From: Dicyema japonicum
Lineage: Eukaryota > Animalia > Dicyemida
Direction of reading: 5' to 3'
NCBI GenBank assembly: GCA_011109175.1
Contig: RDEW01000039.1
Span: forward strand, 279,681 to 343,680
DNA length: 64,000 nt
Shown here: in pieces, positions 51,182 through 64,000 of the stretch
Position numbering within the stretch: the stretch's first letter is position 1
Layout of the letters: every line of letters starts with the position of its first letter
Translations under genes and position numbers: made by a program
Notes under the pieces: model-generated
Databases searched by the model: none
Told to the model about the DNA's origin: nothing
Seen by the model: only the letters and a program-made list of their open reading frames with translations

Positions 51182-53779
51182 TTGGTGGAATATTTCTCAA
51201 AATTATTTTATTTTAAAATAAATTAATTATTATTTAATTTATCACAATAAATTTTTTAATATAATAAAAATTATTAATTAGCGATTCTAAGTTCAAATAA
51301 ACTCATTTTTTGAAGAATTTCATTTATCAAATAAGTGTCTTAATGCCTATCTAACCAGACCGGGCAGCAAAGTCGTGGCTTTTTCCTTCATGCTCACTTA
51401 TGAACAGGATACAGATCACCCTTTCTCGCGTCCTGGTCCGCCTTCTGATTTTCTTTTAGCTGGGATAACCATTGGATCTCTAGTAACATCCATTGTTGGT
51501 AGTTAAGTTCATGTTAGCCACCGTTTCCTTCACTTGAAGGGACCGGGGGTAAATAAATAATAAATACCAAGTAAGTACGTGGTTTGCAGTTAATTCTTAA
51601 AATAGCGCCTTAATGAGGAATCTATTATAACTACTAAAAATAATATTGAGTCTAAAAATAAATATATTGAGTCTATGATATGGATGTCTGCGGTCAACAA
51701 TTGTCTTGGGTCTAACCTTAAGGCCTCGGAGACCAAGGAATCTCTTCGTTCTTATCGGCTAATATTTCTCCTCGAAAATTCTTGAAATGCTGTTCTAAAT
51801 ATTTTTGTATTGATTTTTAGAGAATTCTAAAAAAAGATTTTTTGGGTCGGAAATACCGGACAGCATCAACCGATGACTCTCAGATTTCCTTAGCGCGCAC
51901 AGGAGAAAGTGTAGCACCTAGGGATTTCTCCTGCCGGTCTCTAGCCTGTTTTGAACCACCTACTTAACCAATTCTGCTATAAATAATAATGTCAGCATCT
52001 TCACGAGAGCCATAATACTTAAGGTCCGCATAGACAGGGGACACAATATGTCTTAGAGTTACGTTATACTGACTAATCGTTGTATGGGGAATGTTCTTAA
52101 TTTCTTTGTTGCCTGTGATTCCATGTAGACAATTTAGTTCCGCTGTGAGGTATCACTGACGACAACATCACTCGTCAAACCAAAAAGCTTGGAAGATTGT
52201 GTTACCTTCAGGGGGAATGGACAGTAGTGAGATTCAAACACGTGCTCATTTGTCTTCGATTCCTAAAATTTTTGAAAACACGAAAAATTATTCACTTCCC
52301 CCAACTCAGATTCCTCCAAATTCCCCCAATTTGTTAGGGGGAGATTCGAACTGAATCCGACGAATCCTACGATTCACTGACTCCCGAGTCCATCATCTCC
52401 TCAAGGTGGATCGAGGGGTTACATCCATCTTGTGGTGGAAGAGAGGTTATGTCCAATAGAGAACGTCACCACCTCAACCTAAGGAGCAATTCACCATTTT
52501 AGTATAAAAGACAAATTTATTAGTACTTCCAAGTTAAATCCATTTTCTCCACTAAACAAATAAGGAAAATCATACATCCTTCACGACATTCAATAAGTCT
52601 TTCTTGTGCTAAACTGATAATTAGGACTTACAAGGATGACGAGCTCGTGCGAGTATTCAGGTATCTAAAATAAGTCCAAGCACTTACTTGTCTCCTGGCA
52701 TTTGTCAAAAATTTGTAATATAAGGTCAAAAGAATGAGAAAAGCTCCACCAGCCGATAAAATGTAAATGAAATGACGAATCTTCAGCATCAACGAATATA
52801 ACTATAATAATTATTTATTTTTATTTTAATGAATTACATATTTTAAATATAAATTTCAATTAATCTTGGTGGCCGGTCAGCATACAAAAAGAATCTCCCT
52901 TTTTCTACTCTACTTGAGGGGTTCTTACAATGGCGATATGGATGGAATTGATGCTTTGGAAGAACACGTCTTACCGTGGGAGCTAGGATCACTTGGTTAT
53001 TAGAAGAGGTCGGATATTTTTTTCTGAGGAATGAATAGCTTATGATGTAATGTCACTACCAATGGTCCGTAGATTCGAATCCTCCCGCTAGCTATGTTTC
53101 CTTATCTGCCCTCGTTCAAATAGAGTGTTTCCATTTGATCCACCTGGCACAGTTTTCGACCATTCCCATGGTGGTGCGAAAAAGTACCATTTTCTCTCCC
53201 CCAATCTACTGTAGGGTACCCTCAACTGCAAGAACTAGCTGTTTTCTTTCCTTTATGCGGTTATAAAGATTAAAGCTATCTGTTAAGTTTTGATGATAAA
53301 TTTGTTCATCTTGTTGACCTATAAACCTGATCTTTGTGGTTGCCATGGTTACTAAGGATGAGGGAAAATGAGACTTATTTTAACGGTATTACGTATTTAT
53401 GGGTCCATTTGAGTGAAAATTCAATTGAGTGTTCGTCTTTTAATGAAACCATGACTCTGATTTGACTGATAAGATTCAGGTGGATGTTACTTGTCAAGAT
53501 TTGTTTGGATAATTACACTTTAGTCTGCCTTTTGAGCCTCTGTTGTGTCTTCCACTTGTTTTTGCTTCTGTGGCAAATTTAGGTTATCTGATGTCTGGAA
53601 TGACTTATTTACTCCTGTCTCTTCAAGAAAAGGAAACTGTGGGTAACTGAAGGGTTCCATGTTGGATGCTAGCTTGCAAAATAAACTGACTATATTTTTA
53701 GTGACCAGACACAGCCTCTCCCTTACCAAGTAACTTCCATATAGCTCAGTTGGTGGAGTCTACAGGACAAGAAACAAGC

Positions 53780-54140
53780 TACCGTCCCCAGATTTCATTG
53801 GTAGGAATCAGGATCCTAACGAAAATAAAGCTCTGTCCAACCTCCCATTGCCGACTTATCTCAGCAACCTCCTCTTTCAAGTGTGAGCTGAACAAACAAA
53901 AAATCATCTGGTAGGACCGCGTATTTTGCACGTTTTGACCTTTCGGCCTTCTCAGCTGCAGAGCAGGCAGGGGGTGAATGTGTCTATGCAGGTGACGTCC
54001 CATACAAGAGGTTTCCCTGCTTCAAAGGAGAAGATGGTCATCCCCTCGGGTCGTGTCCCGTCATATTTGCTAAGACCTGATGGTTCGAGCATAGAAGGGC
54101 GTCCAACAGGGTCCAATTTGTGGGGTATGTCATCTTGAGA
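53780..54140 (-). mobile_element. CRE-clade REL endonuclease fragment
   Basis: Minus strand: LEPSGLSKYDGTRPEGMTIFSFEAGKPLVWDVTCID. Confidence 0.7.
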
Positions 54141-54260
54141 CTAGCACCGTATAGTCCAATGCTCAACCCAATCGAGAGTGTCTGGTATTTTGTGAAGGAA
54201 TGGTGTTTCTATTGCTGAGTACAGACTGAGATACTAGATGAGGTTAATACAACTCTTTCT
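54140..54260 (+). mobile_element. IS630/Tc1-type transposase fragment
   Basis: PYSPMLNPIESVWYFVK matches the P.YSPDLNPIE..W motif. Confidence 0.7.
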
Positions 54261-55099
54261 AGTAATTTGTTCTAGAAATTTAGGTTTGTGTGTCAAACTT
54301 TAAGTTTTTATTCAGAATTTCGATACCACCGAGAAAGAAAGACAGAAAAAACGTCAGACAGTTAGGTAATCTATCGCACGATCTTTGCAGAAACACGTGA
54401 AACCGCGGCTATGGTTCCTCGTGGATTCCTTCAAGTTGCTAGGGCGAATAAGACAATTTAGACGGTTAAATTGATATTTCTTACTGTTCTGTGCCTCTTT
54501 CGAATCCTAAGAAGAGTCTCAGGAGACCCCCAGTTCCTGTCCGGTGAGCGAAGGTCGTCATCAAAGTCAGAAATTTGACTGCGGCGCAACTCAGAGACCC
54601 TCACTAATTTGATATTGTTTTCAAATAGCCTGGGTATGTTAATCGTCCGAGGCAATGTCCGAAGAATATTCCATGGCTACTTTTCAAAGATTAGTTAGTA
54701 TAACTTTTTTTTACTCTAATAAAGTGTATTTTCTCTCCAGAGAGAATTGGAAAGACCGGGAGATGGGATATAATGTTTGTTGTTCACAAAGATCAGACTC
54801 CAAGTTAAATGAGGACCAGGAGAGATTACATAGACCAGTGAGAGTGACTGTGGGAGGGAGAATAGCGACCTTCTGTATGAAAGGGCCTTCCTTCTTACAA
54901 GTGATTGACTGGCTGAAGAGGGACCCCAGTGAAAAGTTAGACCCTTCGAGACAGTCTCATGTTATATGAACTGTCTTATCTTTAACCTTAGTTAATTCAG
55001 CCATAGTGATTAACTCATATTGCGGATCAATGAACATTTACTCCAATCATGCGTAAAGTTGATCGACACTGTGACTTGACTAGAACTTGGCTCTGGAGT

Positions 55100-55500
55100 C
55101 GTGTGCTACTCCAACCTCTTGAGGTGGCTGCAGTAAACCTTCCCAGGTCTTTTTGATATAAAGTTGCCTAAGTATACCTCATGTTCGCTTGAATGTTCGT
55201 TGCATAAATTTTCCAAACGAGATTGTACTATGGCGGATTGATAACAATTAAGACGACCGCAGACCGCATATAACCAGGTACCCACTAAAGCCATTACGAC
55301 AGTGTTGACAGGTGTGTAGTGGGCGATCTTCCTGGACAACCGTGTTAAGAACGGGTAAACTCAAAAATATGAGTTTTTCGAGACCTCTGCTATTCGAGAA
55401 CTCTATTTCTCCTCTGATCACCGAATTTGACATTGAAGAGTACCAAAGAGGTATACATGAACCTACATCGGATTTTCCTCGATCGCAAAGTACAGTAAGC
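55100..55500 (-). mobile_element. CR1-type AP-endonuclease remnant
   Basis: LVGTW...LENLCNEHSSEHEVYLGNF resembles the WYRPP...ILGDFN region. Confidence 0.4.
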
Positions 55501-55656
55501 TGAAGGTTCGTCAAAGGATATGACTCAATAACAAAAAATAAATTGAAAACTTTAAATTTTTGAATAAATATTAATAATAAATATAAAAATTATATTTAAA
55601 ATAAAAATTAAATAATATTAAAATTAAATAATAACAACACATCATAAATTATCATC

Positions 55657-57276
<1,620 letters not shown>

Positions 57277-58114
57277 GGAATTTTATTAATATTTGTTGGT
57301 TAAAGAGTTTATTTTTGTTATGTTATCTTAACTTTTCCCAATTATGGATAAGAAAAGAGATGTCCCTTTTTTGTCGTCTTGTAAATTAACATGAATACCA
57401 CATGGCTATGAATTAACATGGATAGTTCCAGGTCACGGAACGGGAACCGGTCGAGAAGCTTTTGGTATTTCTCCCATTAAGGCTTCTTGCTTTTTCTGAA
57501 ACGGATATGCTTTCACCAGCCTCCAGATGATGTTTGTAGGAAATAGTGCCGTCTCATACAGAAATGAAATTACTCACTTTTTTATTTTCAAGTAACGCTG
57601 ATGACAGCCGACTTCCAACATGTTAGTTAAGTTGGTAACAAACTGTAACCAAGCTCAGTGGACAAGGATTCCCAGTAACTGTCTATTGATTTCCACAGTC
57701 CGTACACAGCCTGTCCCCCGAGGTATGGAAAATCTAAATATGAAAATATTGAACTTCAAAATGACTCATAGAAATATTTTTGTTTATTTTTTATGAAAAT
57801 AAATTTTTTACTACTTGTTTCTTTTCTTTAAAATGTTCTTATCGTCAGTGAATCCACACCACAAGAAAACTATCTGATAGTAGGTAAATGGGAGAGGTCA
57901 ATATCTTTCTTCACGAAGAGAAGACCCATATGATAATCAGTCCTGGTCCATTTGCACTTATTTGATATTAATCGTTACGCTTTCATAAGCCACTGGTTTC
58001 CTTCATCTCAACAGCATGCAAATCAAAGCCGAGAACCCTGACTCCATCACCACCTTAAAGCGAAAGCATATCTCTCCCCAGGCACTAGAACTGATAGCTC
58101 ACTTATTCAACACA

Positions 58115-58560
58115 TAAGGCGATTTTTGTCAAGTCAAAAAAGTCTTAATTTAATTTTTTAGGTCAATTATGTAAATTTTTTATTGATTTTAATTTTTTAA
58201 TTTTTAGAGTTTTGAATAAAATACTAGCGTGTTATCAACTGTTGTGTCTCGTTCAATCAGCAAGATCATTGAAAAGGTAAAGACAGAAAGAAACATATCA
58301 AACTTGTAGGTTTTCATTTTTACTACTATTTCACAGATGCCACTGTAAAAATATCTGATTTTCTCATACCATCTACCGACTCTAGGATTAATAAGATCAC
58401 TACTGCTTAGTCGAATATTATTTTCCTTGCATGAATTGAACAGTAAAGTCTACAATACTTGTTTGAAGGTATTGGATATCATTTTACTACTTCCTACGCT
58501 TCCCAATAGTGTAGAAAATTTCTTACCAGAACGATAAGTTGTTGAATATCATCGTAAAAA
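58115..58560 (+). mobile_element. Third, internally deleted copy of the CGGBP1-like hAT family
   Basis: Starts TAAGGCGATTTTTG; 58130-58280 matches the reverse complement of 31150-31310; 58420-58530 matches 4280-4390. Confidence 0.7.
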
Positions 58561-58648
58561 TCTTAATGAAGTAGTGCCCTCACGCGATCAGTCAACGCCT
58601 AGAAACGTGGAAGTGCATAAAGACTCCAAACTCTTAAAGTGGTTTAAG

Positions 58649-59289
58649 ATGCCTGACTTGCCGGTTCAACCTCTTCTTGTTTGTATGAGACCGTTTCTTT
58701 AACTGTGAGATTTGTTGTCCCCCAGAAGCTTGTCGATACAAAGGATTTTGAGGGCATCCGTGTCCTTAGGCGTGGAAAATCTCTTTCTTTTGGGGATAGA
58801 GAGTGGAGGCTTCGGACTTTGTCCAATAGGGAAAGTGAGATCTCTCTTATATTCGTCATGCTCCGGGGATCTGTAATCATCTGAAATTTTGAACTTTTCG
58901 GGGATCTGTATGTCCAGAATGAGAAAGTGATCCCGGATGAAAAAAATCTTCGATTAGCAGTGGAGGTTATTGGTTGGGGGATACAGGCATTCGGTTATTG
59001 TTCGGAGACGAGTGATCTGAACCCTCTGGATTTTCTCGAGGTTACTTGAAGATATACAAATTCCCCAAGCAGGAACGGCATAGCTAGAGTCACCATGTTC
59101 TCACCAAAAAAATTGAATTGCTTCAAGAAAGACAGGAAGGGTCAAAGAGGAGACCGATTATTTGGGGGTTCATGTGAATGGGGAGGGGTTATCACTCAGC
59201 CACATCATTGGTTTCAGATTGAACTGACGGTGGTCACTTCTGGAAGTGTCACATCATACTTCTCTCTTGCGGTGATGTCCAAGTTCTGA
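58649..59289 (+). CDS. Putative host gene of unknown function (faint MATH-domain resemblance)
   Basis: Coding-like composition; ATG at 58649; open segments YETVSLTVRF...SLSFGDREWRLRTL and GSCEWGGV...FQIELTV; converges on mab-21. Exon structure unresolved. Confidence 0.3.
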
Positions 59290-59372
59290 AGCGACTTGAC
59301 GGGAGATGGACAGAATTACTTAGTCACCCCCACCTCAACTAAAAAAATAAAATAAAATAAAATTTTAAATCC

Positions 59373-60425
59373 TCAAGAAAAAATAAAATTATTCAAAATC
59401 CTCAAAAGTTTCCCCGCCATGAGTTTCTTCACTTTCAAGTCTGCAGTGAGGATAATGTTTTTTTCACAAAACGGGCTTTTGTATGAATTATTTAATAGAA
59501 TCGCAATCATGTTAAAAATTACCATGTTAATTACTTCCCCTGTCGACGTTTGTGAGGGATATCTTTGCACAATTTGCGTCATCCCCCGTAGCACAACCGA
59601 ACTGATCAATTCGTTCATAAAATCCCCCGGAAATTCACTTGTAATGTAATAATTCGCCAAATCCGATATAATTCCGACATTTTCACCAATCGTGGGGATT
59701 TTATTGAACAGCACGTGAACTTTATGAACGTCAAATCTCCAGTAATCACCAGTGGAGGTCGAATCGATCTCTTTGGCGTGAACTAGGTGAAATCCTGTGT
59801 TGATTACTTCCTGGAAACTCAGGTTCCACTCTCTGCAGTAGTATTCGAGGTATCTCAGCGAGGAAATGGGCCAGTATTTCCTGAAATAAAACGTTGGTAT
59901 GACAACAAGAGTGACCCCATTTGGTAAAATGAGTTCAACCCCCACCGAATTGGTCCCCAATGAAATCTCCGAGAAGGTTGGGACAGTTTTGATTACGTAT
60001 TCAGCTAATTTGATAAGGTAGTCCTCGATTTTTGTGGGAGAAATATTCGATGGGGGACAAATAAAGTCAGACCATAAACAAAAATGTCTCTTCTTGACAT
60101 CATACGGGCGAATAAGAGCAATATCCTCCCACGTGCTGCTTTTTTGATGTTCAATAACGAGTCCAGCCTCATCGAGGCATAAATAGAACTTGTATTTGTT
60201 TACAGAAATCACTTCGACGTCATCGTCCTCAATGAGGAGACACGTGGATGAAATTCTAGGGTCCTTTCTCTCCACGTGCGCCATAAAATCAATCAAGAAT
60301 GCTTTGCTCTGCCATATTTTTGTCAAATACCTGAGAAAGCCGGGATTTGACAGTCTCCTGTAGTTGTACCCTGAAATTGTCTAATTTTTTACTCCACGTG
60401 CAATATTGTTGTAAATGCCCATCAT
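59373..60425 (-). CDS. mab-21: Divergent Mab-21 family protein (nucleotidyltransferase fold, probably non-catalytic); apparently intronless with two 5' frameshifts
   Basis: Colinear with MAB21L1 as I recall it: VERKDPRISS/VEVQEPRFISS, VEVISVNKYKFYLCL/LEVISPTEFEVVLYL, CLWSDFI...ISPTKI/SLWVEFI...LSARKI, VIPTF...YWP/ITPAF...IWP, TGFHLVHAKE/EGFNLLSKE. Confidence 0.8.
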
Positions 60426-60559
60426 AAGAATTTGGTTGGGAATTACTTTTATAGATGATCATTCAGATTAGATTGATGATAGATTACTGGTTAATTACGA
60501 TTCCTTTGATTTGCGAATATTAATTCTCCCCCTGCTGGGATTCGACTAAGGACATTGCG

Positions 60560-60830
60560 CGGCTTCATCAAAGGGCGAATTTGGTTGATGAACATATTTC
60601 TTGCCGATGAAGAGGACGAGTCAAAATACGCGGTCCTACCTGAGATGTTTGTTTGTTCCTTGCAGTTAAAATATCCAGCATTTTGCTCTTTCGACGCTGG
60701 GATTCCTGGGTCGTCTAGGGAATCTGATTTCTACACGCACAAGAGATCATCGTGAGCGTTGTTGGATGTTTGAGTGAATCTGAGAGGGAATACCCAGGCA
60801 GTCAGGCGGCTACTGTATGACCCTCAGATT
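60560..60830 (+). mobile_element. Old CRE-clade 3' remnant
   Basis: EDESKYAVL...FLGRLGNLISTRTRDHRERCWMFE parallels the CRE terminus at 25070-25290. Confidence 0.5.
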
Positions 60831-61591
60831 AATTGTTTCTTAATGTAATAATTTTTGTTTCTGTCATAAATGAGATATTATGATTAATTATGACATTCCA
60901 CGTCTACTTAGTAATTTTATTTCAAAGTCCGTAGTTTCAAGTTTATTCAGAAATATTCTCTCTGTGCCAATCACCCTTCTCTAGAGCCAAACAAATTGAA
61001 CAGATCTTTTGGATCTTAGAAAGTGAGAGATCTTGGAAAAATAATAACACTTATTTTTTTTCATTTAATTGTTTTGATTCCCTTTTCCCATACAGATTCC
61101 CCCAGGTTTCGAGCTAGACAGAGATCGAAACCAAATATTTTCTTATCCAACATTCCTTCACCTTCATATCGAGTTTTGTTGATCCAATGCAGGCAAAGAG
61201 ATCCAAAACTTCTCTTCCATGCAAATATAAGTCCTTCATTGATGGTCTTTGGGAAAAAATTATGGAACGCTGATCTCAGGAGGTCGGGACCCAATATTTT
61301 TGTTTCTTCAAGGAACCGTATAGCAAAAGTGGAAACAAAGTCGTGATTTCATTGGTTTAGGTTGTGTTTTTTGGCAAAAAAATTATCCCGACTTTAAATT
61401 GAGTAAAACACGTGTTGATTATTTATTAGCTATTTTATATTAGTTATGTCAGTTAGCGATAGTAAGTCATTGAGTCAGTCAGTAAATATTATCGTGAACA
61501 CAATTATGAACCACAGATAAGCATTCCCTGGGACAGAATTTGTTTTTCCCTTTGGACAGCTACTATCCCCAGTGGAAGTCTAAATGTCGAT

Positions 61592-61740
61592 ATTACAAGC
61601 TACAGTCCTCGTTGGAGTACAATTCCCAGAAGAAGCCTAAACTGGTAATATTATAAGCTACAGTTGTCGTTGGAGTACAACCCCCAGTAGAAGCCTAAAC
61701 TGGTAATATTACAAGCTACAGTTGTCGTTGGAGTACAATC
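61592..61740 (+). repeat. ~58-bp tandem repeat, about 2.6 copies
   Basis: Unit ATTACAAGCTACAGT(CC/TG)TCGTTGGAGTACAA..CCCAG.AGAAGCCTAAACTGGTAAT. Confidence 0.85.
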
Positions 61741-61839
61741 ACATATGCACGTGGTAGTAATAGCGGCAAATATGACTAAATTATGAGTGAGAATAAACCC
61801 AGGAATCTAACAAGCATATCGAAGACTTATATTTACTAA

Positions 61840-62779
61840 ATTCCGCTATTTTTGATTTTTCTGTTTTAAGTATTTGAGTCGTCGTTCGTGAGTGCACACA
61901 GCTGTGTGGAACTCTACTTGTTGGTTTCGATGATCATTATAGGTCAAGTTCTCCCTTTGAAGTAATTTGAATTAATTAGGTCAGTGATACCCTTTACAGA
62001 TGATTTCCCTCAAAGTTCCTCCACTAAGGATGTTGAACCATCCTCTCCCACGTTAAGGTTGTTAAAGAAGAACTTCAAGAATCCAATCATTCTTAGTCAT
62101 TTAGTACGGAAAATGACGTTTGTGGGAGAACTACATCATCAGCTGAACTACTACCCCATCAGTCGACTGGTGACCGAATTAACTTTATGAACATGGAGGA
62201 TTGAAGTCATCGTCCTATTAAGTGATCCCGGTGCCTGCGCCTCTTCACATTTCGGTGTAAGGTCACTCGGAAACCCACTAGAGAAGAATCTTTCATAAGC
62301 CTCAGTAGGGGGAAGGTTCCTTTCAAATCTAAATGCATATTTCAAGGAGGCAAGAATCTCTTCTTTAGTGGGTTTCTGGGTGACCTTGCTGTTTTCAGAA
62401 AATTTCACTGCCTGTCCGTCAGATATTAAGTTGTTTTGTGCGTACAACGATGTAATCCATTCATGCCTGTTCGATAGTTGGAAAGATGTGAAATTGGTAT
62501 AACGATTCATGGAAAAAATAGAAGAAACGGAGGATCTGGAAGAGGTTTTGAGAACTCCCATCTTCTTTTGGACTCGAGATTAAATCCACGTGACGTGTGA
62601 ATGTCAACACTGAGTATAAAGTAATTAGGAGGTCTTCTTATTGGAATGAGCTTTCCGTTCAAAGTATCTTTTCGATGTATCTTTTCTGAATGTTGGGGAT
62701 AATGGAGATCCTTGAGAGACCATATTCGGGAGGTTACAAGGCTTTCAAGAATTATGAGTTTTAGGAAGAAAAAACCCAA
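61840..62779 (-). CDS. Putative secreted or membrane protein of unknown function (multi-exon, frameshifted)
   Basis: Signal-like start MGFFFLKLIILESLVTS; long open segments 62779-62507 and 62561-62151; further exon-like blocks towards ~61840. No family recognised. Confidence 0.35.
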
Positions 62780-64000
62780 CCTCGACTCATATCAGATCTT
62801 GAGAGGTACTTTAAAGAGGAGGACAATGTCAAAAGTGTAATCCCTAAAGTAGGACTCTAGAAACAAGAAAAACTTTTACCATTCATTCTTTAGAATGAAG
62901 GTCTATTTCTTACAAATCAGAGACAAATGATGAAAATATCTATCCGATCAAAATGAGAATATTTCATAGTAGACTATTATTGTACAATTACTGATAAACT
63001 AATAACTCCCTCGTTCCTCCTCAAGGCAGAGAGTTTAACCAAGTCCCTTTTACTTGGGCAGATGAGATTGGAACCCTTACATAGGTGTATCCAATGCTCC
63101 TTTATTCCTAAAGTTCACGTATCAGGTGTCTCTTGTGTCTAATGCGAAGACGAAGGGTTCCTCCTGAGGCGATGAAGACATTAGTATTGAGACATCCGCT
63201 TTTTTCGCATGCGCCACGTGGAGCCTATCAAAATGCCGAGAAGACAAGATATCCAGAAGGCATACAGAATGAAGAAACAGTGGGTCACGGGAAAGAAACA
63301 ACTGCCATCAAACACTAAATCTCCTGCCTTTTAAACGCTGCAAGGTACCTATTACTTCGTGACCAGCCAGTTCTACTTCCACTACATGTTTCTGTAGTCT
63401 GCTGAATTCGCGAATTTAAAAACGTATCCACAAATCTAGAAGCATCCAGACTTAACGGGCGAATCTTCTTCCAGCCATTTTCAGCTGAGAGCCCTTGAGT
63501 TTTTAATCTCTGCAATGTTCTGTTCAATGAGAAGGCTCGCCGTCTAACTGGTGATACAGGTAATCCATCGTCCTACGGTTTTGAGGGAACTCAATCCATT
63601 CTTTAGATAGCCATTAATTAATTGTTTCTGTCGATTTGTCCACAACTATCAGCAAATTCAGTTAATATAATTTTCACATATCGTCGATATCACCACAAGG
63701 AAAGTTGGGAAAATCTTACCAGTTGGGTTGGTCTTGTTCATTAATCCACCAAAAGTGCATTCCAAGTGGACGATCTAGTCCGTTAGTTCGCTCAATGATC
63801 CAAAATCTCACCAGAGATCTACGTGAGACTGGATGGCTTCGAGAGCGTATCTCGATAGCCATTATCACAGGAAACACTTGGTAATTCAAACTCCCTAGAT
63901 TATTTAAATTATTTTTTTGATTTAATTATAATAAAAATAAAATTAATTAAAAGTACATTAATTTGTGTGTTTCATTGTTAAAATTATTTTTATTATTAAA

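Noticed and set aside
53030-53095. tRNA-like B-box GATTCGAATCC
   Set aside because: No acceptor, D or anticodon stems can be built; at most a decayed SINE head.
53736-53765. tRNA-like A-box TAGCTCAGTTGGTGGAG
   Set aside because: No downstream T-arm or acceptor pairing; runs into a CRE fragment.
59373-60326. Calling the 317-aa ORF an active cGAS/cGLR immune enzyme
   Set aside because: Colinear with developmental Mab-21 and lacks the acidic catalytic residues.

Overview
AT-rich animal genomic DNA. Nine recognisable host genes are scattered among heavily decayed transposons: IQGAP 3' end, SFI1, an srGAP-like F-BAR/RhoGAP, a tiny divergent homeobox gene, a GH18 chitinase, MRPL38, a divergent FoxN-like gene, UAP1 and mab-21. 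The mobile elements are RTE, CRE, R4-like and CR1/L2-type LINEs plus hAT/CGGBP1-like, pogo/Tigger, Tc1 and Ginger-like remnants. Nearly all introns I could place are 21-29 nt GT-AG. An animal with introns this short best fits a dicyemid mesozoan (inference, not proven). Many conserved genes carry 1-nt frameshifts in homopolymer runs, which look like long-read assembly errors, so CDS boundaries are approximate. The main unexplained signal is the palindrome CACGTG. I counted 56 copies by eye against roughly 6 expected. They concentrate in host genes (all three reading frames, and inside 24-27 nt introns) and are scarce in transposon-derived DNA, resembling cyanobacterial HIP1. Other notable items: an exact 166-bp exon+intron tandem amplification in SFI1, a hexapeptide homeobox with K50/D51, a forkhead domain with a rewritten recognition helix, a twin-primed CRE insertion with a 12-bp TSD, and a host-gene/LINE chimera.
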